A stretch of DNA of 64,000 bases from contig OX597814.1 in NCBI GenBank assembly GCA_951406725.2, positions 52,390,001-52,454,000 on the forward strand, read 5' to 3'. The notes beneath the pieces are model-generated. The model was not told the origin of the DNA, did no database searches, and worked only from the letters and a program-made list of their open reading frames with translations. This stretch comes from Octopus vulgaris. Its lineage: Eukaryota. Within the stretch, counting starts at the first letter, position 1; each line of letters starts with the position of its first letter. Both the position numbers and the translations under genes were made by a program. Positions 14,191-29,969 of this stretch are shown piece by piece.

Positions 14191-15452
14191 CTAGTACTTA
14201 TTTTACTGATTCACAAGGATATGAAGTCATAAATTTAAAAATTGTAAAGCATTTATACTATAGTAAGTACAGTATAAAGCTAGAGAAGGACACGGTTAAC
14301 CAAATTGGCTTCTACTAAATTATCATTATACTCTCTTGTTATTGACAAAGGGAATGAACAACAGAGTTAATCCTAGTGAGATTTGAACTCAGAATGCAAA
14401 AGGATATGAATAATTTGTTTTGTCCAATGCCCTAACAATTCTACCGCCTACTTCTCTCACAATATCATCATAATAATTATGTTTCTATATGTCTGAGATG
14501 ACTGAGAATAGTCTGATGTACCTTTACAATTCAGGTTGTCAATAAAGCTAATCAGCTTTTAATGGATACAACTGTTTATGAATGAGCAAGCATGAAATAT
14601 AGACATTTAATAGTTCATTCTATAAAGCTAACTTCTGAATAAAATAAATGGTTTAAAATGCTTCAACAATAAAAGAAAAGTCAGAGTTGAACCAGTATAA
14701 CTAGAGCTGAATCAGTATAGCAACAGCATTTATATAAGTTCTTCGGGGTTATTGAGAGGGTAAAAGAATAGAAAAAAACCAAGAGAGCAAAAATATTCTG
14801 AAATGCTACTCTTTTAGACTAACCTATTAGTATCATATGAAAAACAGAAAATATTGATTTCTTTCCTTAGTATAAGGCATAAGGGCCTCTTTTGTAATAC
14901 TAATGTACACACACACAAACACCATTTGGAATTATTCAAATTTGCGAAAACCTTTCTACCCATACTAGTACGGAAAAAGGGAGAAGAGAAGTAGAAAAAT
15001 ATTTTTGCATAGCTTCAAGTATGCATAATGAAATGCATGACAAAATAATTTGTATCCTTGCCAGGTATCTATTTTTTTTTTTCTGTAAAGACTATAGGCT
15101 TTATATAGGCATTATAATTGGTACATATCCAATATAGGTTTTGTTAGAAAAAAAGTAAAAAAGAAACAACTATATGTAGACATGGAAATAACTTCAACAA
15201 TGTCTGCAATTTCTCAAGAGGATGTTATCTATTAAATACCTGAACTTGTACCTATGTACAAGTTTTGGTAGATTCAGTTGTTTGACTAACAAAATTCCAA
15301 TTTGAGAAATTAACGTGCAAGTGGTTGCATATTCCACAGTAACAATAAGCTATGCAAAAGTATTTTCTTTGCTTCCCTTTTCCATTTTCCAGGCCAGTAA
15401 GAATAGAAAGGTTTTCACAAATTTGAACAATTACAAATTGTGTATATGTATC

Positions 15453-15493
<41 letters not shown>

Positions 15494-18400
15494 ATTAGTG
15501 TTACAAAAGAGGCTTTTAATCCTTATACAAAGGAAAGTAATCAATATTTTCTGTTTTTCATATACTAATAGGATACTAATAAGTTACTCTAAAAGAAAAA
15601 GTATACCAGAATATAAGTACCTTTAATGCATTTCTCAGGGCATGATACAATGTGAAAAGGTTGGACCTTTGAATTTCAGGTACAGGCCAGAGGGAGGGAG
15701 GAATTGACCCCTGAAAGGATGAAAGGAAAAGTTGACCTCTGTGGGATTTGAACTCAGAGCACAGAGACTGAGGAAAATACTGCATGGTGTTCTATCCAGC
15801 ACTCTTACAACTCTACTAATTTGCTATCTTACAAGTTCTAAGTTGCCTTATGATTGTGCTATTTCATGTTTTTCTTTTACCAAGTTATCTAATAAAGTTA
15901 GTCAACATTTCCAATGAGAACCTATACAATAAAACAGGCCTAGAACTAACAAAAAAGCCTCTTTATTGTCACTCAAGGAAAGATATATATGGATAATGCA
16001 TTCCATGACACACTGTGCTCGAAGAAATATATGGGATGGTCACAGCTGATTTGGGGGTTAAACAACAGCAGCAGCAGCAAGATGCCTCAGGAGCATCTCT
16101 GGAAAGTAAGATGCATATAAGATGTCTGAGATGTGCAGTCAAGATTCCACAGGAAAGAATTAGATCTGGAAAGTAATAGAGAAATTAACCGAAGACCATG
16201 TAGTATCATGCCACGACAGAAGAGCCATTGAATGGGAGAGGGGAGTAGGTGAAGAAAGATGATTTCAGCCTTATGCTTCACTAAGAATGAAATTATCTAA
16301 GGGAAATGCTAAACTAAAGGATGGACAAATAAGAAAAAAAGGACTTCAATAGCAATAACAAGATTGTTGTTAATGGTTAACTTCAGCACACTGAATAAGG
16401 ATCTGATTCAAATGTATAAGTTATCAAGTATGTGAGGGGTCCTTTGATCAAGTGATTGGCTTTCTTCTAAGTGCAGTTTAGAATACTAGAGATCAAAGAT
16501 GAAATAACATCCAAGATTTGCAAACAATATTTTATTGAAGAACATACTTAGGCACTCTTAAGTGCTAAGAACAATTCAAAAAGTTATTTTACTCACAAGA
16601 TATCTAGAAATGTGGCAAATGACATGAGGGTAAGCTGTTGAAATACTGGACTAGACAGTCATGAGATCAGGCTTAAGTTGCCATAGACTCCTGAATAAGG
16701 TTCATAACACTGCTTCAGCTTGCCTAACTGAAAAGAAAAGAGACCTCCCCCCACTTCTACTTCATAGTTGAGTGAACAATTGGAAAGGTACTCAACTGCA
16801 AAAATAATTGTTCTATGTAAGCATGTAAAGATGGCTATAAAATTTCTATTAGATAACACATACAGCCAAATTTTGTCGCACAGTGGTAAAATTGGTTGAA
16901 TTAACCATAATATACAGACCTTGGAAGAAGGAAAGCAGAGTCAAATTCTATGTGATATGAACTCAGAACAAATTAGATACAATAATGCATTGAGTCTCAT
17001 AGTGTAAGCCAGATCCACTGCTGTCTAAGGCTAGACTATCTTTGTGAATAGATATAAATGCTTTTCAAGTAAACAGAACCATATACTTTTGAAGAAATAT
17101 TTGGTTGCTCAAAATCAACTTCTTAGCCTTACCAATAAAACATGGTGGGAAGTATAGTAAAACAGTGGAGAATGATATCTAACTCAATTTCTCAGTAAGC
17201 CAGTAGTAGTGTTTATAACATAAGCCCTACAGTAAAACAAAGACCAAGATTGCAATAGGATATAAGTAAAGTTTATATCATTTTTTAACATCTATTTTCC
17301 ATGTTGGAATTAGCTGGATATGACTACAGTATGGCAAATCACTCATTTCAATTCCTGCATCATCTCATCATGTGACCCAGCAACATGAGATCTGACACTG
17401 CACTGCTATTCCTTTCCTTGTCTTCCTCTACTGCAGACACTTTTTGATATTAGTGTACAAGTTAATGAGGAAGCCTCTATATATCACTTGACATTCTAAA
17501 AATAGCAACCAAATTTTCCTCAAATCACTGTCATTAAAAAAGAAGCAGCAAGGACACATAAGACAATATGGTCTTCAAATATATACCAAATGAAAGGTTG
17601 ATCATAGATGGAACGCTTTTGATCAATCAGGACAAATCTCACGCACAGCAACAATAACAACAATTGTTAGTACTACTCTTTTCCTCTAGCAATCATTGTC
17701 CATTCACATCTCTTGTTCAAGTCAGCACAGTCAAGTATCCTTCATATAATAGCTGATGCTTTTATTGCTCAGATTCATTCTCAGCTCACTTATGCACTGG
17801 CTTTTGTGCAAGTTAATGTCATATCCAATGGTTTATATTGCACTCATTTCACTTCAACTTTTGCAGATATTTTACATTCAGAGTCTATATTTCATTAATA
17901 TCTAGTATCATGCTTCTTCAACATGCTTCATGTTGTCTGTATTTTACATGGAGAGTGTTCACTGAATTTCTTCCATATGTTTGATAGTTTAGCTCCCAAA
18001 AATTCATTCCAATGTCTAATTTTTAAAGTCATCAAATATTTTTTTTTTATTGAGCCCAAGAAGGATGAGAAGCATTGCCTGTAACATATGGAAACTAGAC
18101 TCAAACAATGGAAATTAAGAAAAGAGGGAGAAAACATAAACTAGAAATGTAAGAAAGAAATTTCATCAAAAATGCCTATGAATTCCTAAGTATATAAAAT
18201 GTTGGCTTGGATCTGGTTTCTACAGTGTTAAACAAAAAAAAAAAAAATTTTTTTTGTAATAGGATGCCAGCTTAACATAGGTAATGCCCTCTCTCAAATG
18301 AGTCCTGATGCCTTTTCCCTAGCAAGGTGAACTGAAAATTATATAATTATATCTCCTATCTACAGATGAAAAGATACCTGAAATTGAGTTTGAATACTGA

Positions 18401-19979
18401 ATCAAAAAATAGCTGGTAACATAATAGCTGGAACAGATATTGATTTATTTCACATTGCTCTTTTACCACCTCTCATTGTAACTTATAGATTTTAGCCTGG
18501 TATTTCACAGAAACTCAAAAAGACTTTACCCCAAACTTTTCACTGTGATATTCATATTGTTAATACTTACTTCTAATTCTGGTATTACTTTATTACTTTA
18601 GCTACTAATATCCTTTATGAGCTTTGTGCTATGGCTGAATGTTTTCATTTTAGCAATTATAAATTATTAATAACATGTAGTTTTAATATTTTCGTTTTGC
18701 ATTTAAATATTCATTTTAGTAAATGTCAGTCATTTTAACACTATAAATGCATGTGCATGGGGTTGACATTAACCAATCATTGCTAGTATATATTTAGTGA
18801 ACGTGAAACTGGTGACAGAGATAGTCAAATACATAAAGACAGGCAAAGAGCCAGTGGAATAGACAGAGGTCCAGTGCACATACACTCCCCCCATACACAC
18901 ACACACACACATATACAGATTGTTAGATCATTGTTGTATGAATTAATAACTTAATTTATGGACAATTAGCTATTATATAGATCGATATAATGGGTATAAC
19001 TCATTTTCTATATTTAATAATTGTTATTCACTTTAGATTTAAGTGGTTCATGTGGAACAACAAGTGAAACCACCTGTCTTTACATTAACAAACAATTAGA
19101 ATGAAAGGTACAAATTATAAGATACAGTCTATCGCTCTTAATGACATTTCTCTTTCATATTGTCAGGAATGATCTCAATGTCAATAATTTCTCTAAGATA
19201 AGTTCATTATATGTTTATTACTTAAGTTGGTTATTCTCTAAAGCAGTTTCAGTGCTTATTTTACTGAGCTCTCTCAGAGTTGAAAAACTGTGTCATTTTA
19301 AATGGGATTTGAAAAACAGAAATATAAGCTCTAAATGTGAATCAATTTCAGTGCTTTAATTCCTATAATTAAGTTATCTTGGCTGTCATCTCACCTATTT
19401 TGCTATTTATATTCCATTGAAACAAAATATAACTCTGATACCTTTTTGATGTGAAGCCATAAGCTGTTGTATGACTGGGTTCAATTTTTTGGAAAGCCAC
19501 ATGACTATTTATCTACTTACTAAACCTAATTATGACTGAGTGGATAAAAATTTAAGTCCTTGAGTTCATAATATGTCGGAGTTACTTTGTATCTTTGGAC
19601 AAAGCCTTTAAGTCTATTTTCTGGGCAAAAGCTTATCAAGAAATTTTAGTAAGAAGTACATAGACAAATAAGATATAGGACTTCCAAATTCAAGATTCTT
19701 TTTACTTCAAACCCTGCCAGAACATGGTGATATATTTTTCACATTTACACACAAACACTTCTATCACACAGCTGAGCCATGCCATTTATTGGTAATAATA
19801 ATTTTTTTTCTTTTGATGTAATGATGATTCTAGCAAAAACAATACCTGCATATAGAATAGCTTTCTATCTAGAGTGAATTTATACTTCATTCACCTAGTG
19901 CCATAAAACCTAAGCTAAACATTAACCCTTAGAAGCCACAAGTAACATAGGGAGTATTTTTGGCATTTAGTATAAAACA

Positions 19980-20165
19980 TGGCACGTAAAAAGCACCCAC
20001 TACACTCACGGAGTGGTTGGCGTTAGGAAGGGCATCCAGCCGTAGAAACACTGCCAGATTTGACTGGGCCTGATGAAGCCTTCTGGCTTCACAGACCCCA
20101 GCAGAACCGTCCAACCCATGCTAGCATGGAAAACGGACGCTAAATGATGATGATGATGATGATGA
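19980..20165 (+). mobile_element. Young 5'-truncated RTE-type SINE/LINE 3' end with (GAT)n tail
   Basis: TGGCACGTAAAAAGCACCCACTACACTC..GGCATCCAGCCGTAG..(ATG)n. Related copies lie at about 380-730(-), 35020-35200(-), 53538-54120(-) and 57900-58112(+). Confidence 0.8.
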
Positions 20166-22843
20166 TACACACCAGAGTTCAATATCAGTTAACTCACTAA
20201 ATTCAAATTATGTTGTGTTGTCATCTTTGTTTAATTAATTCAGAATATTGAGCATGTCTGTCTTCTTTGTGGTTGGGAACTTTGAAAACCTTTGATCATA
20301 TAAAAATAGAGTGGAAAGCAAACACATGTAATATACCAGGACAACTACACATGTCAAACAATCAATCGCTGTATATCATAATGTACAATGAAACTCAATG
20401 CCAAGAGCAGATTTAAGCATAAATTTTCAAGAATTGTAGAGCTGGATGTACTTCACAAATGTTTAACTTTTTATTCTCATATTTGGAAAGCTAGAGTTAC
20501 TATACAACAGCAAAAACATGTTAATATTGTGACACAATTATAACACAGTTATAACAATATTGGTTTCAAATTTTGACACAAGACCAGTAAGTTATGGGAA
20601 GGAGCTAAGTCAATTACATCGGCCCCATTGCTCAACTAGTACTTATTTTATTAACCTCAGAAGGATGAAAGGCAAAGTTGACCTTGGAAGAATTTGAGCA
20701 CAGAGCGTAAAGATGGATGAAATGCCACTAAGCATTTTGCTCAGCATGTTAACAATTCTGCCAGATCACCGCCTTACAGTTATATCAATAGTAACAATAA
20801 ATAGAAGTACGATACTGTTGTTAATGTGATTTATAAAAAGTTGATATCTCTCTCTCTCACAAACACACTCAATTGTAAGTTTATAATGAAGTAAGAGTAA
20901 AGGTTCATATATCAACTGTATCTTTAACATAATGAAACAAGTTTGAGTGTTATACTTTCAACTATCTTAACAATATAATAAAATCAAACTCTTTTTAATA
21001 TAGTGAAATATTTATTAATGTTATGTTTTATTCAAGTTTAATTGTGCATCAAAATATAAAAGAAAATGATAAAATATTGAATTTCAAAAGATCTTTCCAA
21101 TATATTTATCGTTCTTTAAGGTAAAGAGGTTATGGTCATCATCAAATTCAGTTTGCAATTTAGTTGTTCTTTCTATTTCATTACTTGGTTGTCTTTAATA
21201 AATTTCCTAATGCTTGTGCAAAAGAATAAAACACACAACTTTTAATTTCCCATCTATAACTATTCATTTCATATGAGAATCCATTATTTTGTATACTGTC
21301 ATCTTCTAGAAAGAGTAACAAACAAATTTCTTTGCAGCATTTAGTTATGTCTCTTTAGATTCTGACTTCAAATCACACTAAAGTTGGATAAAATGAGTAA
21401 CGTCTATGTACGGGAAATATCTTTACATATAGGTGCAGCCATGGCTATGTGATGAAGCTCACTTTTCAGTCACATGGTTTGGGGTTCAGTTCTCTTGCAT
21501 GACACCTTAGGCAAGCGTCTTCTACTATAACTCCAGGTAAACCAATGCCTTGAGTGAATTTGGTAGATGGAAATTGTGGAAGCCCATTTTGTGTGTGTGT
21601 GTGTGAGTACATGCATGCATGTATCTTTATGTTTGTCCCCCACCACTGTCTGACAATGAATGTTGGTTTGTTTACATCCCTCTAAGTGGTTAAGCAAAAG
21701 AGACTGATGGATACCAGAAAACTTTAAAATATGTACTGGGGTTGATTTGTTCAAGTAAACCCCTCAAGGTGATACTCCAACATGATCATAGTCTACTGAC
21801 TGAAACAAGTAAAAGATAAAAGATGAACTTATCCATTTTTCAAACAAATAATGTAGCCTTCGTATTAGGCTACTTCTACTATCTTAATTAGTACAGTGCC
21901 TCATATTTCTACACTTAAATCCATCCAGGATTAACTTTACCAGAAATACAATGAAACAAAATTCAACTAAAGCCTTCTCATTACAAAAAGAATTCTGAGC
22001 TTATTTTTTTAAAAAATGGGAAATGTAAAGAAAAGCATTACCCTAAATGTTATTTAGACATTAAACATTAATATAAACAGCTGTCAGAACTGAAACATAG
22101 ATATCCATTATTCATGTTCAACACTCAATGGAAATATCATCTTACTAGCCAATGCTTATTTTAAGTATGTGTTTGGCAATAAATGTGTAAAAATTAACAC
22201 AGTCGTCACTTAGATTATTAAGTTACTGTAATTGTCATCTTCCTCCAGTAAGAAGACTGTGTTCATTTGTTTAATGTTAGCCAGCAGCTGAATTAGTCAA
22301 CAGCTGTATCTGAAATATATTTAATTGTTTATGTTTAATAGATAACACCATGTTGTGAGATTACTTAGAGGCGATGATAATATTAGTGATAAAAAAAGAT
22401 TGCAGGTTGTTACATGAGATTCTACATCCATTGTTCTTTTGGCTTGAGTAGGATAGTTCTGCAATTTTGTGAATGAATCATTATAAGTGATCCAGAGTAG
22501 AAAGTAAGCAACTAGCAGTGGTTCTGTAACCTAGTCTAGACACCTTGCTTAAATTATCTACTTGGAATGCCATGACTGTCACAACATCCATTTCTTTTCA
22601 ATCAAAGTCAGTAGATCTACTCAATTATTAATAGATATCTGATTACAAATTTTTATAGTGATTTGCAGCTGAGTATACTAAATAGATAACCTAATGTATC
22701 CTTTGCCTAGGGATACATCACAATAGCCATGGAAGATTTAAACTCATAACCTTGTAGTCAATGGCTCCCAAATTACTCAACCATTTTATATCCATTTCCC
22801 CATAAAAGTAAGTGTGAAATGGCTTTACAAATTTGGTTATATC

Positions 22844-23071
22844 TTAACTCTTTAGCCTTTAAGCCAGCCATTTTCAGCCAAAATAATCTACCTGTTTTAT
22901 CTTCAAACTGACCAGATCCAGCTTCTCACACTTACCTTACAATATTATTCTAAAAATAAACAATCAAGTCATTGAAATCTCACAGCTACAACGTAATGCA
23001 TGACTGATTCATATCAAAGTGAATAAATAAGCATTTCATTTGACAGAGAAATCTGAATGCTAAAGGGTTAA
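22844..23071. mobile_element. piggyBac-type MITE
   Basis: TTAA-CTCTTTAGC ... GCTAAAGGG-TTAA. Confidence 0.7.
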
Positions 23072-24224
23072 TGATTTAGCGAAGCAGATGCATTTGTAGC
23101 AAAATATTTAGTCAAATATAAGCTGAGAGTAGCACATCTTAGTGGTAAGTTTCAACAAAGTAACTGCCACAGTCTTAGAAATGTTTTAGAATATTTCCTT
23201 TATTTACATAAATACCAAAAGTTTTCTTTACAGAAAACTGGCAAATTATTTGACTCCTATCACAGAAAAGAAATTACCATGTATTCTTTAGATACTTAGA
23301 AGAATATATTTTCCTTACAACATTTGGAATATTTTCTTTGTTGGTTGATATAAATCCATAAATGTAGTGGGGCATTGTTTCTGATAAGTAAAGCAAACAT
23401 GACGGAATAACTAAATGAAAATGTCAATACCTATTTATTAATTAACTCACATGGAGTATTCATTCTTTGGTTTGAATAGATCACTAATATAGCAAGTTAC
23501 TAAGTAAATATAAAGCTCCTAAATTTAGTATAAAAGTTGTCAAGTAGTTATTGACAAACATAAGCATCTCTCAAGATTCCTAAACATTCTGTGATCATTA
23601 GAAAGTTGATGTATCAATCCTATGGTTCACAGTTAGCCAAATGACTAAGCACAGCCTGCAACTTTATTGTTCCAGTTACTAAATTTAAATGTGAGTGAAC
23701 TGATAGTATTATTAGTTAAAGTTATCAGATCACTCTAGTATTCCTCATTAATTAATTTTGATAAAAATGACTAATTGGCAAGTATACTGGATTACTAATA
23801 CAATGATGACATTCAATGCATGTTTTATCATCTTTCAATGATGGACACGTGTTGGTGAAAGAAATCAGTTTTATCCCTACTACTTAAACATAACTGTTAC
23901 AGTAAAATAAAGACCATAACAATTTTACTATCTCCAACCTTGTTTAAAGTGCCTACCAACAGACAATCAAAAGGACTGGTCATTAACATGACTTGCTACC
24001 ATACATAAACCGATATGATTTTTTTTTCTCTATATCAAAGTTTGTGCTACACTGCCTTCAAATGGCAAATACTAATTAGTTAAAATCAATTCATGATATG
24101 TCAATCTGTCAAATCATTCCACATAATTAAACATCTGTTGTTGAAATAACCCCACCGAAGACGTTTCCAAACAAGAACTCACCTGGAGGCAGGTGTTATT
24201 GGGATTTACAGGAGTTGACAGGCA

Positions 24225-24443
24225 TTAACCCTTTTGTTACACTATTTCAGTTGAAAGATATTGCCCTTGTTTTAATTAAATTTGACTAGAAAGAAGAATT
24301 TAGTAAGATAACTTTGTCATTATTTCACTGGTGTTTGGGACATAAATTAACGTGAAATTTTAATGGAAGGTCACTCTAAAACATGAAGCTTGTATCATAG
24401 AACCAGGGGGTGGTTTCAGGCATGTTGGTATCAAAAGGGTTTT
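24225..24443. mobile_element. piggyBac-type MITE (second family)
   Basis: TTAA-CCCTTTTGTTAC ... GTATCAAAAGGG-TT; the right TSD is degenerate. Confidence 0.6.
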
Positions 24444-25684
24444 CCTTACAAGTTTAATGTCTGTCCTTGTACAATACCTTTTAACTAAATCAAAATTATA
24501 TCTTAAATACCTACCCCAAGCTTTCTTCAGCCTCATGTACCCTACTCTCATTAAGACTTAACAACCTTTTCTTGTGATTTCTCTTGGTCTAGTTTTCCCT
24601 TTTATAGCTGAAGTTGTAATGTTTGACTTATCTCACGTTAACTCTTATACTTACCAACTTCTGCTTCTTGTTTTATTTCCTACTAAATTTCCACTATTAC
24701 TAACAGGGTCAGTAGTAGAAGAGTGAAGGTGAGAGAGTATATGAGTGGAAGGGATGAATCAGATTGGCATCTTGTATTAAAGATGTAACTGAATTTAGAA
24801 CTACCTCTGTCGGGTGAATAATATGATATAGGCACATGCGCAGCTGTGTGGTAAGAAGTTTTCTTCCTAATCATATGGTCACAAGTTCACTTCCAGTGTA
24901 CAGCATCTTGAGCCGGTGTCTTCTACTATAGCCCCAGAATAACCAATGCCTTGTGAGTGGATTTGATAGATGGAAACTCAAATAAGCCTGTCATGCATGC
25001 ATGCATAAGTATGTATGTATAAGTATGTGTATCACTGGCTCCTTGACTTGACTTCATATGATACTTATAAATGTCACCATCATGCAAGCGGTATCCTTCA
25101 TTTCTAATTTTCTGTGAAAACATGTCTGGTCATGGGTTATGTTACCTCATTTAAAAACTGGTAAGGGCTAGTCATAGGAAAGCCATGTAGCTGTTGAAAA
25201 TTTGCCTCAGCAAATTCCATCCAACCCATGCAAGCATGGAAAAGTGAAAGTTAAACAATGATGATGATGATGAAGTACCAGGTTGAAAAATTTTAAAAGA
25301 AAGAACAAAGAAGTGACAAATACAAATACAGAATTATATCTAAAATGGGCTTCCACAGAGTTCTACCTATTAAATTCACTCATAAGTCATTGGTCAACCT
25401 GGGGCTATAATAGGTGGAACTTGCCTAAGGTGCAGTACAGTGGGACTGAACTTGAAGTTATGTGGTTGCAAACCGAGCTTCTTAAAACAGTGTCACATCT
25501 CTTTACACCAAAAAGTAACTTACAAATTTGATAAATAGAAATTGATAAAATAAGAACAAGTCTAAAATAAGTACTGAACTGATAAGTACCAAGGTTGGTA
25601 TGATCAACTAATACCCCTTTGAAGAAGGTACCCCAGTTCAATGACTGAAACTGATAAACGAATTAAAGAATACATAATGTACAC

Positions 25685-25892
25685 TAGTGGTTCTCAACTG
25701 GGGTCCACATGGCCCTTGGAGGTCCATATAAGATTTTGCTGCAACAATTGGTTATATTTCTAGAATACACAAAATTCTAACAATTTTTTTAGCACAATTC
25801 CCAATATTTAATTATAAAAATATGACAGGATTTTTAAAAACATTGAATGGGTATAAGGGTCCAGTAGAATAAAAAATGGTTGAGGAACACTG
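25685..25892. mobile_element. hAT/Charlie-type MITE
   Basis: TIRs TAGTGGTTCTCAAC / GTTGAGGAACACTG; 8-bp TSD ATGTACAC/ATCTACAC. Confidence 0.8.
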
Positions 25893-27004
25893 ATCTACAC
25901 AAAAGAATCAAACGAAACAAATGAAAAAAATTACTGAAGTGTGGTAAAATCAAAGACTAAGTTGGTTAATGCACTAAATGTCTTTCAGTGGAACACATTT
26001 AATCTAGATAACACAAGTTGCGACACAACACACTTAAAGCAGGTTTTAGACAAATTCATTCAGTCACGACAATAAAAAATGACTAAAGAAACTTTGTTAA
26101 CAGGAAATACCACAGTAATTGTTAGGCCAATGAGGGAGAGAGAGAGAAAAAGAAGGGGGAAGAGAGAGCGAGAGTGAGTGAGTGAGATTGCTGTGTGGTT
26201 AAGAAGTTTTCCCAACCACATGGTTTTGAGTTCAGTCTCACGTTGAGGGAACTTGGGCATGTTCCTTTTGTGAGTGGATTTAGTAGGCGAAAACTGAGAG
26301 AAGCCCATTGTGTGTGTGTGTGTGTGTGTCAGTGAATATGTATGAATATGTGTTAGAGTGTATGTTTATATGTGTGTGAGTGAGTGTGCCATCTCCTTGT
26401 CTTGATATCACCTAAGAGTTGTAAGAGGGTGTCACTGTCACATAAGCAGGGTCTTCATTTCCAATATTGCTTGTAAACATGTCTGGCTGTGGGGAAATAT
26501 TGCCTTGCTTGGAAACAGGTGAAAGTTGGCAACAGGAAAATGACCACATGCAAACATTATTTAGTAAATCAGGATTTGATTCTTACAGACATGTAAATTA
26601 TTCTACCAAACCTCCGTGAGGCACAGTCACCATGGCCGTGTTTTGTTCAGAAATTTCAAATCTCAAGTCAACTTGAGTTGAAGCCATTCAGCTACTTCAA
26701 CTTGAGTTGCAACTCTGGACTTTTGTTGAGGCAATCATAACAATGTGAATCAGGATTTCATATAATAAACATTAATCCTTTTTAATTTGATAACAGCATT
26801 GATTTCTTTATGAATAAGCACAGAGTCAAAGTTGACATGAACTTAGAGACTTTACATAGTTCATTCTTTTATATTTTAAGTTCAAGTGTTTTTGAGGTCT
26901 GAAATTGAGTCAACAATTGGTACATATAGCTCAGCACATTTAACCATCTCACCTAGAGGTGCCCGGTTTTGAAAAAGACTAGTGAGAACCTTTACCCACC
27001 AGAT

Positions 27005-27256
27005 TAGTAGTTCTCAATTGGGATTCATATGACACTTGGGGGATCATATAAGATTTTGTTGTTAAAATTTATGTGCAATAAACTAGTTATACTTCTACAG
27101 TACACAGAATATTTTAATTTTCTTATACAATTCCTAATATTTAATTATAAAAATACAAGATTTTTTTTAAAAGCATTGAATGGCTATGTAGGTCCAGTAG
27201 AGTATAAAATAGGAATCAAAAGAGTCCATAGGCAAAAAAATAGTTGAGAACCACTG
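27005..27256. mobile_element. hAT/Charlie-type MITE, same family as 25685-25892
   Basis: TIRs TAGTAGTTCTCAA / GTTGAGAACCACTG; 8-bp TSD CACCAGAT/CACTAGAT; internal similarity to the first copy. Confidence 0.82.
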
Positions 27257-29750
27257 CACTAGATGATATATCAATTATTAAAAGAACATTGAATCACAAC
27301 TAATCAGACGAACGCTTGTTTCAGTTGTTTCTACTCTCTGTTGAAAGACAAAAGCCTGAAATATCAGACTTTCTTCTTTGCATGACACCTAAACTTATTA
27401 ACATTCCACAACTGTCAATCTGAGTAATTGTTGCTGATGCAGATCCTCTCCAGTTCTTGGATTCTAGATTCTACCTTATTCTTAATAATAGGGCTGAAAC
27501 AAGATAAGATATATTAATGAACCTACAATTGGTGTGGAATAATCATCATCATTGTTTTAATGTTCACTTTTCCAGGCTCACATGGGTTAGAAGGGATCTG
27601 TCAAGGCAGATTTTCTATGACAAGATACCCCTACTGTCATCAACCCTCACCTGTTTGCAAGTAATCTTTTACTTGTTTCAGTCATTTGACTGCCTTGATG
27701 GGTTTTAGTGAAACAAATTGACCCCAGGACTTGTATTTTTAAGCCTAACTGCTAATTTTTGGGGATATAAACACACCAACACCAGTTGTCAAGCAGTGGT
27801 AGCAGGACAAACACAGACGCAAAGACATGTCTACCAACTCCACTCACAAGGCTTTGGTTGAACCAGTGTAGTAGTAGAAAACACTTGCCCAAAGTGCCAT
27901 ACAGTAGGACTGAACACAGAACCAAGTGGTTGGGTAGCAAATTTCTTACCACACAGACAGCCATGCTCAGTACCTAAAACAGCAAAATTAAGACAAACTT
28001 CTAGAACAAAATGAACTTAAGATTATAGTAAAGTTTAGAGTTGTGTGTCTATACAACAAAATACAACCTTAATGATAGTGGTATTAACTTTATAGCAAAA
28101 TTGACTGAATCAAGTAATATATATTGTACTATGCAAAACTCTGAGAGATGGAAGAAGAAATTGAAGAAGTTAAACAAGACATTGTTTTAGTAACCCAGAC
28201 AAAACATTATTTTAGTAACCTGAATATGAGCAGTGGCCTATCAACAAAAAAGATGACAATAAGGTAAGGTAATAAATCACATAATCTTTAGTTTCCATCA
28301 TACAGATCATTACTGTAGATTGAGGAGCTGGCTGAAGTAATACAGAAAAATGTAAACAGCTTAAATTACAATTTAAAAAGCAGAAACATAAAGAAAAAGA
28401 AGTGACATCAGCAAAATGTAATAAGGATGTGATACAATATAATTTGACCTGGGTTTTACCTATTCTGTCACTAGTACTATTATTAGCTGTGTCAGGGTAT
28501 GTATATTTCTTTTATTCTATATACATTAATACTTCCACTATAACTAAAATTGAAATAGCTTTATTTTCAAATAACCTGAATTTCTTTCATAAAGATCCAT
28601 AAAATAACTCAGTACCAATGTAATATAATGGGCTGCAAATCACTAAATACAAAATATAAATCAGTTTCACCTAAAGCAATCTCAAGTAAGTGGTTTCAAA
28701 TATAAGTGTCATATTGTACTATGTTTGAGCAGTTATTTATAATTTTACATGAAATTAACTGAATGGTCAAACTCTTGACATTAAACTGATAGCTATCATA
28801 CATAGTTGATCAGCATGTAAAATGCATGCAACTATTAGCATAACAATTTCCCAGAAGCAAACTGGTTTAGTTCCTTTCATTATTCAAGGTGATGAGCTGG
28901 CAGAATTATTAGTATGCCAAACAAAATGCTTAGTGGCATTTCATTTGTTTATATGTTCTGTGTTCAAATTCCACTGAGTCAACTTTACTTTTCAATTTTT
29001 TGAGATCAATAAAATTAAGTACTAGTTGAACACTGAGGACAATGTAACTGACTTACTCCTCCCCTCAAAAAACTGATGGCAAAAATTTGAAACTAAACTG
29101 ATAAAAAGAATAGTGTTGGCTTGCTGTGTTCTGAGTTCAAATCCTACCAAGGTCATCTTTGCCTTGCATCCTTTTGAGGCTGATAAAATGATGTACCAAG
29201 TAGAGTTCAATGGCATCATCTAACCCCTCCCCTTAAAATTGCTGGCCTTGTACCTAAATTAGAAACAGTTATTCAAAGAGCAACCAACACTATTTGCAAT
29301 GTTGATTCCTGCATCAATTGTCAAATCACAATCTTTATTTCAATGAGCCTGAAATATCATTCAAAGCTTGAGAGATTGTATTCTGCATTTTATTCACTAT
29401 CAATAGAAACTGACAAGTCCAGAGAAAGATTCTAAGTGCATTTTATCCTTTGGTGGTTTTACATCCATAATTCTTGTTACTAAATAATTATTTGGTGACA
29501 TATCCACCTTTGCCAGTGTATATTTCCAAAATGACAATTACTTTAGTCTCCACCAGACTTAGTTCAATTGATAACCATAACTGATAATTTCAACCTTTCT
29601 TTGGTCTTATTTACCTTGATATATAGTCTTTCAATAGCTTTAGTACTAATACATAATCATCTTTATAAATTATCAATCTCATTTTCAATGACAGACTCAA
29701 CTGCTCTCTGAAGGCATAGTGCTTGCTGTGTTTAACTCAATGTCCATTTA

Positions 29751-29969
29751 CAGTAATCCCTCACCATATCGTGGTTCACCTATCGCAGTTTATTATTTAA
29801 GCTTACATTGATTCCTCCATGGTGTTGTTTTGCATTTATAATAAAATAAATATATACAAATTATAAAAATAATTTTAAAAAATATACAGTACTGTTTATA
29901 CTTTGCAGATTTTCACCTATCACGGGGAGGGGGGTCAACATAACATCCACGATAGTCGAGGGATTACTG
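29751..29969. mobile_element. pogo/Tigger-type MITE
   Basis: TA-CAGTAATCCCTC ... GAGGGATTACTG-TA, i.e. 12-bp perfect TIRs with a TA TSD. Confidence 0.85.

Noticed and set aside
24175-24224. Strong minus-strand donor CAG|GTGAGT
   Set aside because: There is no clear acceptor or RILPL-like coding sequence upstream, and it abuts a MITE.
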